From Candidatus Levybacteria bacterium RIFCSPLOWO2_12_FULL_41_12 (GTDB taxonomy: Bacteria; Patescibacteriota; Microgenomatia; Levybacterales; UBA12049), in NCBI GenBank assembly GCA_001784155.1, contig MFPL01000007.1, forward strand, positions 10,101 through 74,100: a stretch of 64,000 nucleotides of DNA, read 5' to 3'. Of the stretch, positions 40,506-49,874 are shown in pieces. Position 1 is the first letter of the stretch; the number at the start of each line of letters is the position of its first letter. The position numbers and the translations under genes are program-made. The notes beneath the pieces were generated by a model. The model saw nothing but the letters and a program-made list of their open reading frames with translations, had not been told where the DNA came from and ran no database searches.

Positions 40506-40514
40506 AATTGCCCT

Positions 40515-41432
40515 ATGCTAAGCGTAGTTGTTCCCGTATATAACGAGGAAGAAGGAATAAAGGCATTTTTTAAGGAATTAAAAAAGTTCTTACCTCAGGA
40601 TTATGAAGTGATTTTTGTGGACGATGGATCCACAGACAAAACCCTCTCTCTTGTTAAAGAAATCGGCAGTAAAAATAAAAATATTCGATACTTTTCCCTC
40701 AGAAGGCACCAGGGTAAGGCCGAGGCATTAACAATTGGTTTTCAAAAATCCAAAGGCGACTTTGTATTAACGATTGATGCGGATCTTCAGGATAGGCCCG
40801 ATCAGATAGGGAAGCTTCAGAAGAAGATTAATGAGGAGTGGGATATGGTATCGGGCTGGAGGAATGAAAGAAAAGATTCCCCGTACAAAAAGCTCACCTC
40901 AAAACTCTTTAATCTTATGGCGAGTGCATTCTGGGGACTTAAGCTAAATGACCTTAACTGTGGTTTGAAGTTATATCGAAAGGGTGCTGCGAAGTCTTTA
41001 AATCTTTACGGGGGACTTCACAGATTTATTCCAATACTTCTTCACCAGGAGGGATTTAGAGTCACTGAAGTTCCGGTAGTTCATGATGTGCGTAAATTTG
41101 GGAAATCGAAGTACACATTCATGAAGGTTTTTACGGACATTCCCGATATGTTTACGATGTTATTCCTCTCAAAATATAGCAATAGACCCCTTCACTTCTT
41201 TTGGCTTATAGGTCTTATATTTGGACTCTTAGGGTTTTTAATTCTATTCTATCTCTCGATCATTTGGCTTCAAGGCGAATCCATTGGTCGAAGACCGCTT
41301 CTTATCTTCGGCGTTCTTTTTACTTTGGCAGGTATTCAGGTTTTTTTCACGGGGTTTCTGGCTGACCTTTTTATATCCGGCACAAAAAGCAATAAAAGCG
41401 AAGAAGTCATGGTTAAAGAGCAAAGCGACTAA
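40515..41432 (+). CDS. GT2 polyprenyl-phosphate glycosyltransferase (ArnC-like)
   Basis: VVPVYNEE, VDDGSTD, TIDADLQD, DLNCGLKLYR, LHRFIP, RKFGKSKY, two C-terminal TM. Confidence 0.9.
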   Translation: MLSVVVPVYNEEEGIKAFFKELKKFLPQDYEVIFVDDGSTDKTLSLVKEIGSKNKNIRYFSLRRHQGKAEALTIGFQKSKGDFVLTIDADLQDRPDQIGKLQKKINEEWDMVSGWRNERKDSPYKKLTSKLFNLMASAFWGLKLNDLNCGLKLYRKGAAKSLNLYGGLHRFIPILLHQEGFRVTEVPVVHDVRKFGKSKYTFMKVFTDIPDMFTMLFLSKYSNRPLHFFWLIGLIFGLLGFLILFYLSIIWLQGESIGRRPLLIFGVLFTLAGIQVFFTGFLADLFISGTKSNKSEEVMVKEQSD

Positions 41433-41438
41433 TTTTAA

Positions 41439-41660
41439 ATGAAGCCTCAAGACATATTATTTTTACTGGTTTTGCTACCCTTATTATATAAAAGAGATCC
41501 AATGTGGTTTGCTCTGGCGGGAATTTTTTGTCTGGTACTCTCAGCCCCCTTATTCTCTCAGTGGATTTTCTTCACCGCCCAGCGCCTCGTCATCTACGCT
41601 TTTTTGTTCTTCTTGCTGTCCCTTCTATTACATATCAAAAACCTGCATAATAAACAGTAG
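41439..41660 (+). CDS. Small membrane protein (73 aa)
   Basis: Hydrophobic ORF filling the operon gap with 6-nt and 2-nt spacers. Confidence 0.6.
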   Translation: MKPQDILFLLVLLPLLYKRDPMWFALAGIFCLVLSAPLFSQWIFFTAQRLVIYAFLFFLLSLLLHIKNLHNKQ

Positions 41661-41662
41661 GT

Positions 41663-42187
41663 ATGAAAATCGGGATTGATATAAGCCAGCTGGCTTTTGA
41701 AAGAACTGGTGTTGCAAACTATCTGAAGAAGTTAGTAGAAAGTCTGGCTTTGGTTGATAAGAAAAATGACTACATTCTCTTTTACTCTTCCCTGAGAAGG
41801 CCTGTGCCTGTGCTAGATATAAAAAACCCCAACTTTAAAATAAAAGCTTTTAAATTCCCTCCGACTTTTCTTGAGAGACTCTGGAATAAGTTCCACCTTT
41901 TTCCGATCGAAAACTTCATAGGAGACGTGGATGTTTTTATCACTTCAGATTGGGTAGAACCGCCTGCCAAGAATGCTAAAAAAGTAACAATACTCTATGA
42001 CTTAATTGCGTATAAATATCCCGCAGAGACTCATCCAAGAATTGTCGAGGTTCAAAAAAGAAAAATAAGCTGGGCAAAAAACGAAACCGATAAATTTTTT
42101 GCAATATCGCAGTCAGCAAAAAGTGATGCCATCGATATTTTGGGAATAGATAAATCAAAAATCGAAGTAATATACCCTGGAATTTAA
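41663..42187 (+). CDS. GT4 N-terminal domain only (half glycosyltransferase)
   Basis: MKIGIDI..TGVANY...TILYDL...AISQSAKSD...VIYPGI then stop; no nucleotide-binding C-domain. Confidence 0.75.
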   Translation: MKIGIDISQLAFERTGVANYLKKLVESLALVDKKNDYILFYSSLRRPVPVLDIKNPNFKIKAFKFPPTFLERLWNKFHLFPIENFIGDVDVFITSDWVEPPAKNAKKVTILYDLIAYKYPAETHPRIVEVQKRKISWAKNETDKFFAISQSAKSDAIDILGIDKSKIEVIYPGI

Positions 42188-42222
42188 TTAGTATTCAGTA
42201 CCAGGTATTAAGTAGTAAGTAT
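42188..42222 (+). repeat. Five tandem degenerate heptamers, consensus TAAGTAT (left arm)
   Basis: ttagtat tcagtac caggtat taagtag taagtat; starts immediately after the stop at 42187; last unit overlaps ATG 42221. Confidence 0.8.
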
Positions 42223-42595
42223 GGAGGACAGTAAAATTAGAACATTTAAGGATTTGATTACCTGGCAGGAGGCACACAAACTCGCTTTACTTGTTTATTC
42301 AATGACAAATAACTTTCCAAGAAGCGAAGCCTACTCTCTTGTTGACCAGATGAGAAGGTGCGTAATTTCTATTTCAAGTAATATTGCAGAAGGATTTTCT
42401 AGAAATTCCCAAAAAGAGAAAAGACAGTTTTATTATATGGCACTTGGCTCATTGACTGAGCTTCAAAACCAATTACTTCTCTCAAAAGACTTAAAATATC
42501 TTAACAAAGAAAAGTTCTCAGAGATTGATGAACAAACAACTACAGTTCATAAATTAATTAATGGACTTATAAAAAGTTCGAAAAATTATACTTAA
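42221..42595 (+). CDS. Four-helix-bundle protein (23S rRNA IVS protein/Avd-like family)
   Basis: FKDLITWQEA..L...VY..T.NFPRSEAYSLVDQMRRC.ISISSNIAEG.SR...E...F...ALGSLTELQNQL. Confidence 0.92.
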   Translation: MEDSKIRTFKDLITWQEAHKLALLVYSMTNNFPRSEAYSLVDQMRRCVISISSNIAEGFSRNSQKEKRQFYYMALGSLTELQNQLLLSKDLKYLNKEKFSEIDEQTTTVHKLINGLIKSSKNYT

Positions 42596-42622
42596 TACAT
42601 AATTCTTTATACATAATACTAT
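42588..42622 (-). repeat. Five tandem degenerate heptamers, consensus ATAC(T/A)TA (right arm, inverted relative to left)
   Basis: atactta atacata attcttt atacata atactat; its reverse complement matches the left arm at 26/35 positions by hand count. Confidence 0.8.
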
Positions 42623-43745
42623 GGTAATTGGAATAAATGGATACGAAGCAGTAGTTCCGCGTTTCGGCTACGATAAAGAGGGATTACCCAGTAGGGTGGG
42701 AAGCGGCGAGTTTTCATTCAGGCTGATTTCGGAATTTTCAAAAGATACAAATAACAAATATATAATTTATCTTCCCAAGGCTCCAACCTCAGATATGCCT
42801 CAAGAGACCGAAAATTTCAGATATTCTGTTTTTACGACAAAGAAATTGTGGACAATGACAGGTCTTTCCAAAAGGCTTTATGCTGATAAAGAAAAGATTG
42901 ATGTTTTTCTCTCTCCTACACATTATCTTCCACTATTCGTTCCCTGCCCTTCCGTCGTTTCAATTCTTGACGTATCTTATCTTCATTTTCCAAAACTTTT
43001 TAAAAAGAAAGATCTCTACCAGCTGAAAATTTGGGGAGGGTACTCCATAAGAAAATCAAGCGCTGTTATTACCATAAGTGAGTCATCGAGGAGTGATATA
43101 ATCAGAGCATATGGTCTAAGTCCGAACAAGGTAACAGTGGCTTACCCCGGTTTAGTTGAGAGAGAAAAAGAAGATAAACCTATGGATGAATTAGATAAAA
43201 AATACGGAGTTAAGGGAAAATATATTCTTTTTGTTGGGACTCTTCAGCCCAGGAAGAATATAAAAAGGCTAATCGAGGCATTCTCAAAGCTTAAAGATAA
43301 AGACGTTGACTTAGTTGTCGTAGGTAAAAAGGGATGGATGTATGATGAAATAATAAATTCCCCCTCTGAGTTTGGAGTTGGGAATAGAGTGAAATTCTTA
43401 GACTCGGTAGAAGATGAAGACTTGTCCACATTCTACAAAAACGCAATCTTCTTCATTTTGCCCAGTCTTTATGAAGGATTTGGCTTGCCTGTTCTTGAAG
43501 CTATGGAATATGGGTGTCCTGTTATCACTAGTAATGTTTCAAGCCTGCCCGAGGCAGGGGGAGACGCAGTTTTATATGTGAATCCCGAAGACGTCAAGGA
43601 TATTACGGAAAAAATGCAAAAGCTCCTGCAAGATGATAGTCTTAGGAAGGAGCTTGTGGCCAAAGGGCGTGAACAGGTGAAAAAGTTTTCCTGGAAGAAA
43701 ACGGCAGAGCAGACTATTAAGGTGCTTGAAGGATTAAATAAATGA
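42621..43745 (+). CDS. GT4 glycosyltransferase
   Basis: ILFVGTLQPRKN, LPSLYEGFGLPVLEAM..GCPVITSN.SSLPEAGG, FSW. Confidence 0.92.
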   Translation: MVIGINGYEAVVPRFGYDKEGLPSRVGSGEFSFRLISEFSKDTNNKYIIYLPKAPTSDMPQETENFRYSVFTTKKLWTMTGLSKRLYADKEKIDVFLSPTHYLPLFVPCPSVVSILDVSYLHFPKLFKKKDLYQLKIWGGYSIRKSSAVITISESSRSDIIRAYGLSPNKVTVAYPGLVEREKEDKPMDELDKKYGVKGKYILFVGTLQPRKNIKRLIEAFSKLKDKDVDLVVVGKKGWMYDEIINSPSEFGVGNRVKFLDSVEDEDLSTFYKNAIFFILPSLYEGFGLPVLEAMEYGCPVITSNVSSLPEAGGDAVLYVNPEDVKDITEKMQKLLQDDSLRKELVAKGREQVKKFSWKKTAEQTIKVLEGLNK

Positions 43746-44332
43746 AAGACAGAACCGGAAAAGAACTATCGGGCAGTGAAGTAGCGAGAAAAACAGGAAG
43801 TAGGATTAAAAGCATTTTCTTGGAGTTTGATATTTTTTTGCTTCACCTCTTAGGCTATTTTCCAAGCCACCACGTCAGGAGATTCTTCTACAGAATTGGA
43901 GGGGTAAAAATCGGCAAAGGGTCCTCTCTTCATATGGGAATTAGATTTTATAATCCAAAGAACATAACAATAGGAGAAGATACCATAATTGGTGAAAATT
44001 CCGTGCTTGATGGTCGGGATGTTTTGAAAATAGGAAATCACGTAGATGTTGCAACAGATGTAATGATTTTCAATGCAGAGCATGATGTATTGGATCCTAA
44101 CTTTAGTGCGGTGAGAGCGCCTGTGAGAATAGGTGATTACGCTTTTATCGGTCCTAGGGCAATTATCCTACCGGGTGTTAATATAGGAAAAGGAGCGGTG
44201 GTTGGAGCCGGAGCAGTGGTAACAAAAAACGTAGAAGAATTCATGATAGTTGGTGGTGTTCCTGCGAAACCCATTAAAGAAAGACCAAAAAATCAAGCTT
44301 ATAAATTAGGCCGCGCAGCGTGGTTTCGCTAA
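43742..44332 (+). CDS. Hexapeptide-repeat O-acyltransferase
   Basis: Left-handed beta-helix repeats IGKGSS, IGEDTIIG, IGDYAFIGPRAIILPGVNIGKGAVVGAGAVVTK, GGVPAK. Confidence 0.9.
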   Translation: MKDRTGKELSGSEVARKTGSRIKSIFLEFDIFLLHLLGYFPSHHVRRFFYRIGGVKIGKGSSLHMGIRFYNPKNITIGEDTIIGENSVLDGRDVLKIGNHVDVATDVMIFNAEHDVLDPNFSAVRAPVRIGDYAFIGPRAIILPGVNIGKGAVVGAGAVVTKNVEEFMIVGGVPAKPIKERPKNQAYKLGRAAWFR

Positions 44333-44338
44333 TCTTCT

Positions 44339-45208
44339 ATGACTTTGTCCATAGTAATACTAAGCTACAATACTCACGACCTTACCATCGCATGTATTAG
44401 ATCTCTCCTATCTGTATTTGAGGATGAACTTAAGCGGGAAGAAATAGAAATAATAGTGGTCGATAACGCTTCATCAGATGGTTCATTGGAAGCCATATCG
44501 AAATATATTTCAGATAAAAAAGGACTGCGTCTTATAGGAAGCAGAGAGAATCTAGGGTTTGGAAAAGGAAATAATTTGGGAGCAAGTCAAGCACGGGGCG
44601 AAACCCTAATCTTCCTCAACTCAGACACGGAAGTTCTGGATAAGGGGTTTCTTGAGATGGCTGATTTCCTGACAAAAAATCAAAATATTGGAATCTTGGG
44701 GCCAAAGCTTATCAATTTTGACGGTACAATCCAACCATCGGCCGCTAATTTTTATGGGCTCCCAAACCTTTTAATTATGCTTTTAGGTCTAGAAAAAAGA
44801 AAGTCTCCCGAAGGAATAGAGAAGGTTGATTGGATAACGGGAGCTGCTACGATGGTTCGGAAAGAAGTGTTCGAAGAGATTGGCATGTTTGATAAAAACA
44901 TTTTTATGTATATGGAAGATCATGAGCTTTGCTTTAGAGCCAAGAAGAAGGGATTTGCAACATACTTTTTTCCGGGAGCAATTGTCAGACACAAAAGCGT
45001 CGGAAGCAGCAACAAAGCCTTCGCAATAGTAAGTATCTATAAAAATATTTTGTATTTCTATAAAAAGCATATGCCGCACTGGCAATATAGGGTTGCCAGA
45101 TTTTTGTTACTGACTAAGGCGTTGCTCATTGTCTATCTAGGCAAAATCATTAGAAACAGATATTATGTTAATACCTACAGAGAAGCTATGAGAGCCTTGA
45201 GTAGCTAA
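44339..45208 (+). CDS. GT2 glycosyltransferase (WbbL-like)
   Basis: IVILSYN, VDNASSDGS, NLGFGKGNN, FLNSDT, DWITGA, FMYMEDHELC. Confidence 0.9.
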   Translation: MTLSIVILSYNTHDLTIACIRSLLSVFEDELKREEIEIIVVDNASSDGSLEAISKYISDKKGLRLIGSRENLGFGKGNNLGASQARGETLIFLNSDTEVLDKGFLEMADFLTKNQNIGILGPKLINFDGTIQPSAANFYGLPNLLIMLLGLEKRKSPEGIEKVDWITGAATMVRKEVFEEIGMFDKNIFMYMEDHELCFRAKKKGFATYFFPGAIVRHKSVGSSNKAFAIVSIYKNILYFYKKHMPHWQYRVARFLLLTKALLIVYLGKIIRNRYYVNTYREAMRALSS

Positions 45209-45213
45209 AATTT

Positions 45214-48200
45214 ATGAAGAAAATAGTTTCCTGGATTTCAGACAATGTACTTTTTGTAGAAACAATATTTCTTCTGGCATTTATTCCCCTTTACCCAAAG
45301 CTTCCCTTACTGGATATTAAGAATACCTGGGTGTATATACGAGCGGAAGACTTTGTGGTTCTTTTTGTCTTACTTTCAATGCTAATCCTTCTTTTCAAAA
45401 GAAGGATTAGCCTCCGTACCCCATTAACGATCCCCATACTTGTTTTTTGGATTATTGGTGCAATTGCCACAATTCATGGTGTACTTCTTATTTTCCCCAA
45501 AATTGCAAATGTATTTCCCAATGTAGCTTTCCTAAGTTTAATGCGCCATATAGAGTACATGAGCCTTTTCTTTATTGCTTATCTTGGAATGAAGGATCCG
45601 AGAAGGCTGACTATTGTTATAGGGACTTTGGTTACGACACTTTCTGGAGTCGTTCTTTATGGGTTTGGCCAAAAGTATTTAGGTTTTCCTGCCTACCTGA
45701 CAATGAACGAAGAGTTTGCAAAAGGAGCCCCTATCACTCTCTCCGGACTCTCAAGGGTTCCGTCCACTTTTGCAGGACATTATGATCTGGCAGCATACCT
45801 AGTTCTTATAATCCCAATTCTTATTAGTTTAATTTTCGGATTTAAAAGTTGGTTAATAAGAGCAGCGTTAGCAACAGTTTCTCTATTAGGAATAGTTCTT
45901 CTTTTTATGACAGTTTCAAGAGTTTCTTTTTTTGTACTTTTTGTTTCGCTTCTTGTGGTTATATTTTTTCAAAAGAAAAAAGTAATACTTTTCTCAATCC
46001 CTGCAGCTATCTTATTAGGTTTTCTTTTTATAACATTTCAACCAACCCTACTTGATCGATTCAAAGGGACAGTGTCTGAAGTTGATGTTTTGGTTGACGC
46101 AAATACCGGAGAATCTGTGGGTCATGTAAGGTTTGTTTCTCAAGATTATTTTAAAGACAAAATAGTTTTGAGAAGAATAGTCAGGGATAAAGCAGATTTA
46201 GCGTATGCAATAATGGGTAAGGAGACAAGCGTTAAGGATCCTACAGAATCTGCGATTTATCCTTCCAGTCTTATTCCGGACAATTCGCCGCTTGTAACTG
46301 CAGTGAATGTTTCTAACGGTGAAAATCTTCCCCAGGGTACGGGATATATCAATTTGCCTCTTTCCCCTGTTGTGCAAAGACTCCCCAGCTTTTTCTATGA
46401 ACTTCCTCCTAATGTTAATGTGGAGTCCACTATTTCTGCTCAAATTCTCGTGATACAGGGAGACTTTATAGTTAAAAAAGCGTCTGCATACGATCTTTCC
46501 TTTACAACTAGATTTCAGGGAGAATGGCCTAGGGCGATAGAGGCATTCGAGCGAAACATTTTAGTGGGAAGCGGTTATGGATCTGTAAGTCTGGCTGTAG
46601 ATAATAATTATTTGCGTATATTAGGAGAAATTGGAATTCTGGGATTTACTTCATTTTTGGTTATATTTCTCTCTTTGGGAATTTATATAAAAAGATTTTA
46701 CCGTGATCTGGAGTCAAGCGTCTCAAAGAGTTTTGTATTGGGCTTCTCTGCAGGTTTAATCGGGCTTTCTCTCAACGCCCTGCTTATCGATGTTTTCGAG
46801 GCATCGAAGATCGCGTTTCTCCTATGGACTCTTGTAGGAATTACTTTGGCTATTTTGGTTTCGGGAGCAAAAAAAGAGCTTAATCTTTTTAGCGAGTTAA
46901 AAAAGGCAGCGACTTCAACATATGCCGTTTTCGTTTATCTATTCCTGCTTTCTATCGTGCTTTTCTCACCAATTATGGAAAATTATTTCGTAGGGGACGA
47001 CTTTACTTGGCTTAGATGGGCGGCAGACTGTAGGGATAAGTGTTCTTCATTTTCCTCAGTAATAAAATACTTTACAGAGTCTGATGGTTTTTTCTATAGG
47101 CCTGGAACTAAAATCTTCTTTGACTTTATGTATTCCACCTTCTGGCTAAATCAGAACGTGTATCACTTGGTATCAATACTGCTTCATTTTGCTGTAGCCT
47201 CGCTTTTCTATTTATTGGCTTTGAGAGTTTTAAGAAGAAAGATTTTGGCAGCATCTTCGGCTTTTCTTTTTCTCGTAATGGCGGGTCCTGCAGAGGCGGT
47301 TTTTTGGATTTCATCAGTCGGACATCTTTTTAATGCATTACTGGGACTATTAGGACTTATGTTATTTATATTGTGGGAAGAGAAGAGGAAGGCTTATTAC
47401 TATATCGGCGCGTTTGTTTCTTTTGCCCTAGCTCTTTTATTTCATGAACTTGGTATTGTATTTCCGCTTTTAGTTCTGGCGTATAAAATGAAGGATGGCT
47501 TTTTATCGGGAATTAGGCAAATGCTTGCAAGGCTCGACTTTTTGACTCTTTTCATACCTGGTATCGCTTATCTTTTCCTTCGCTATGCTTCCCACAGCCA
47601 TTGGTTTAGCGGGGACTATAGTTACGATATCCTAAAGCTTCCGTTTAATTTTTTCGGAAATATTCTGGGATACTTATCTCTTATAATCTTGGGACCAATT
47701 TCTCTCCCTTTTTACGAAACTTTAAGAAGCCTAGCAAGGGGACACATGATCCTGGGTATTGTTGCTATTTCTTTTTCTGCAATACTTCTTTACCTTGTCT
47801 ACCGTTTTGTTTATAAGAAGTTAAGTTCAGACGATAAAAGGGTTGTTTTATTTGGTATCGCGTTTTTCACCATAGCTTTACTACCGTTCCTAGGGCTTGG
47901 AAATATTACCTCAAGATACAGCTACCTTGCTTCCGTAGGTCCGATTTTAATACTGGTTATGCTTGCCCGGAAGTCATATGAGTATCTAAAGGCAAGCGGC
48001 AGGGAGATAGCTATTGGAGCATCCACTCTCATATTTTTGGTTTTTGCATTGTTTCATATAATTCAGGTCCAGCAAGCTTACTTTGATTGGCACGAAGCGG
48101 GAAAATACAGCAAGAACTTTTTCGTGTCCATTGATGCCTTGTATGATGATGAATGGTCAAAAGACGTAAGGTTCCACTTCGTAAATGTTCCCATAAGGCA

Positions 48201-48402
48201 TGGACAAGCATGGATTTTTCCGGTTGGGCTTTCGGACGCAGTTTGGTTTGCGTTCAAAAATGACGATACTAGAGTGTTCATTCACAATAGCCTGGAGGAG
48301 CTTGATTTGCCAAGTTATACAATAAACGATATAGTTCTGAGGTTTAATCCGGACGGAAGCGTTGAGCAGATTCACTTTATAAAGCCTCTCGTCGAGAATT
48401 GA
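45214..48402 (+). CDS. Fusion of O-antigen ligase/Wzy_C-like domain and GT-C-like domain
   Basis: N-half: RVPSTFAGH, TVSRVS, GSGYGS...DNNYLRILGEIGILG. C-half from ~46980: YFVGDDFTWL, FYRP, EAVFWIS, HELG, SRYSYL. Confidence 0.72.
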   Translation: MKKIVSWISDNVLFVETIFLLAFIPLYPKLPLLDIKNTWVYIRAEDFVVLFVLLSMLILLFKRRISLRTPLTIPILVFWIIGAIATIHGVLLIFPKIANVFPNVAFLSLMRHIEYMSLFFIAYLGMKDPRRLTIVIGTLVTTLSGVVLYGFGQKYLGFPAYLTMNEEFAKGAPITLSGLSRVPSTFAGHYDLAAYLVLIIPILISLIFGFKSWLIRAALATVSLLGIVLLFMTVSRVSFFVLFVSLLVVIFFQKKKVILFSIPAAILLGFLFITFQPTLLDRFKGTVSEVDVLVDANTGESVGHVRFVSQDYFKDKIVLRRIVRDKADLAYAIMGKETSVKDPTESAIYPSSLIPDNSPLVTAVNVSNGENLPQGTGYINLPLSPVVQRLPSFFYELPPNVNVESTISAQILVIQGDFIVKKASAYDLSFTTRFQGEWPRAIEAFERNILVGSGYGSVSLAVDNNYLRILGEIGILGFTSFLVIFLSLGIYIKRFYRDLESSVSKSFVLGFSAGLIGLSLNALLIDVFEASKIAFLLWTLVGITLAILVSGAKKELNLFSELKKAATSTYAVFVYLFLLSIVLFSPIMENYFVGDDFTWLRWAADCRDKCSSFSSVIKYFTESDGFFYRPGTKIFFDFMYSTFWLNQNVYHLVSILLHFAVASLFYLLALRVLRRKILAASSAFLFLVMAGPAEAVFWISSVGHLFNALLGLLGLMLFILWEEKRKAYYYIGAFVSFALALLFHELGIVFPLLVLAYKMKDGFLSGIRQMLARLDFLTLFIPGIAYLFLRYASHSHWFSGDYSYDILKLPFNFFGNILGYLSLIILGPISLPFYETLRSLARGHMILGIVAISFSAILLYLVYRFVYKKLSSDDKRVVLFGIAFFTIALLPFLGLGNITSRYSYLASVGPILILVMLARKSYEYLKASGREIAIGASTLIFLVFALFHIIQVQQAYFDWHEAGKYSKNFFVSIDALYDDEWSKDVRFHFVNVPIRHGQAWIFPVGLSDAVWFAFKNDDTRVFIHNSLEELDLPSYTINDIVLRFNPDGSVEQIHFIKPLVEN

Positions 48403-48434
48403 TAATAGCTTCCCAATAAATTAGAATAATCTTA

Positions 48435-49874
48435 ATGGCTAAACTAAAAATAGTCCTATTGGTTTTAGTTCTTCTGCTCGGATTTATTCTCCGCCTTTAC
48501 AAATTCAACGGGCCAATAGCAGATTGGCATTCATGGCGTCAGTCAGATACCTCATCTGTTTCTCGAAGTTTTGTTAAGGATGGGTTTGACATTCTTCATC
48601 CGCGTTTCCATGATTTATCCAGTACTCCAACGGGCCGGGACAATCCTCAAGGCTATCGTTTTGTAGAGTTTCCCATCTACAACATTTTACAGGCCGCGTC
48701 TTTTGAAGCGTTTGGTATCTTCTCCTTGGAAGAATGGGGAAGACTGGTAACGATTTTCTCCTCAACCCTATCTTCCCTTTTCATCTATTTGATAGTGAAA
48801 AAAAGAGCCGGGTTTACTGCAGGTATTTTTTCTGCTGCCTTTTTTTCTTTACTTCCATACAGCATTTATTACGGAAGAGTTATACTGCCTGATCCTTCGA
48901 TGTCTGCCTCTATTCTGGGAGGAATTTACTTTTTTGACAAGTGGATAGAAAATCCCTCTCTCAGGAGGGTCAGTTTAATTTTCTTCGCAGGTTCTCTTAT
49001 TCTTACCGCAGTGGCCTTGCTACTTAAACCTTTTGCAATATTTTTCACTATTCCTATGATTTATCTGGCTGTTAAAAAGTTTGGCAGGAAGAGCTTCAAA
49101 AGTCCTTATCTCTGGGTTTTTGTCGTGTTAACTCTTTTGCCTTTGGTTTTGTGGAGAGTATGGATGACTCAATTTCCTGAAGGAATACCGCACAATACAT
49201 GGCTTTTTAACGAGGGTAACATAAGATTTAAGGGATCGTTTTTCTACTGGATATTTGCTGATAGAGTAGGAAGATTAATCTTAGGTTACTGGGGAATAGC
49301 AATATTTATTTTTGGTTTTTTTGCAAAGTTTAAAAAAGAGGATTTCTTATTTTTCTTGTCCTTTATCTTATCATCTCTTTTATATCTTTTTGTTGTAGCG
49401 CGCGGAAACGTCCAGCATGATTATTATCAGATTTTAATTCTTCCTACGGTTGCGATTTTTATGGGTCTGGGTACAAATTTTCTATTGAGAAGCGCGCGTG
49501 ATTTTTCTTCAAAATACGTAGGTCCCGGTGTTTTTATTGTATCTTTTGTGTTCTGTCTAATGTTTTCCTGGTATTTTATTAGAGACTATTACAACATAAA
49601 TAATCCTGCAATTATAAAGGTAGGACAGGAAGCTAACAGAGTAATTCCGGAAGGTTCTAAGGTTATCGCGCCGTACGGCGGAGATACTTCGTTTTTATAC
49701 CAAACAAAAAGATCCGGGTGGCCGGTTTTTGATAGATCACTTCCAGAGCTTATAGACGCGGGTGCCGGATATCTAATACTTCTTAATCCCACTATTGGTG
49801 AGCTAAAAGATTTTGGTATATACGAGACAATAAGTGAAGGTTCAGATTTCGTGATATTTAAGCTTGTACAATGA
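48435..49874 (+). CDS. ArnT/PMT-like (GT83/GT39) membrane glycosyltransferase
   Basis: LRLY..WHSWRQSDT, EFPIY, GRLV, YGRVILPD, LLKP, HDYYQ; about 12 TM. Confidence 0.8.
   Translation: MAKLKIVLLVLVLLLGFILRLYKFNGPIADWHSWRQSDTSSVSRSFVKDGFDILHPRFHDLSSTPTGRDNPQGYRFVEFPIYNILQAASFEAFGIFSLEEWGRLVTIFSSTLSSLFIYLIVKKRAGFTAGIFSAAFFSLLPYSIYYGRVILPDPSMSASILGGIYFFDKWIENPSLRRVSLIFFAGSLILTAVALLLKPFAIFFTIPMIYLAVKKFGRKSFKSPYLWVFVVLTLLPLVLWRVWMTQFPEGIPHNTWLFNEGNIRFKGSFFYWIFADRVGRLILGYWGIAIFIFGFFAKFKKEDFLFFLSFILSSLLYLFVVARGNVQHDYYQILILPTVAIFMGLGTNFLLRSARDFSSKYVGPGVFIVSFVFCLMFSWYFIRDYYNINNPAIIKVGQEANRVIPEGSKVIAPYGGDTSFLYQTKRSGWPVFDRSLPELIDAGAGYLILLNPTIGELKDFGIYETISEGSDFVIFKLVQ

Noticed and set aside
42221-42595. 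Diversity-generating retroelement (Avd-like protein)
   Set aside because: No reverse transcriptase and no template/variable repeat pair seen in the window.
42100-42700. 23S rRNA with intervening sequence
   Set aside because: Flanks are glycosyltransferase CDSs; no rRNA sequence is present.
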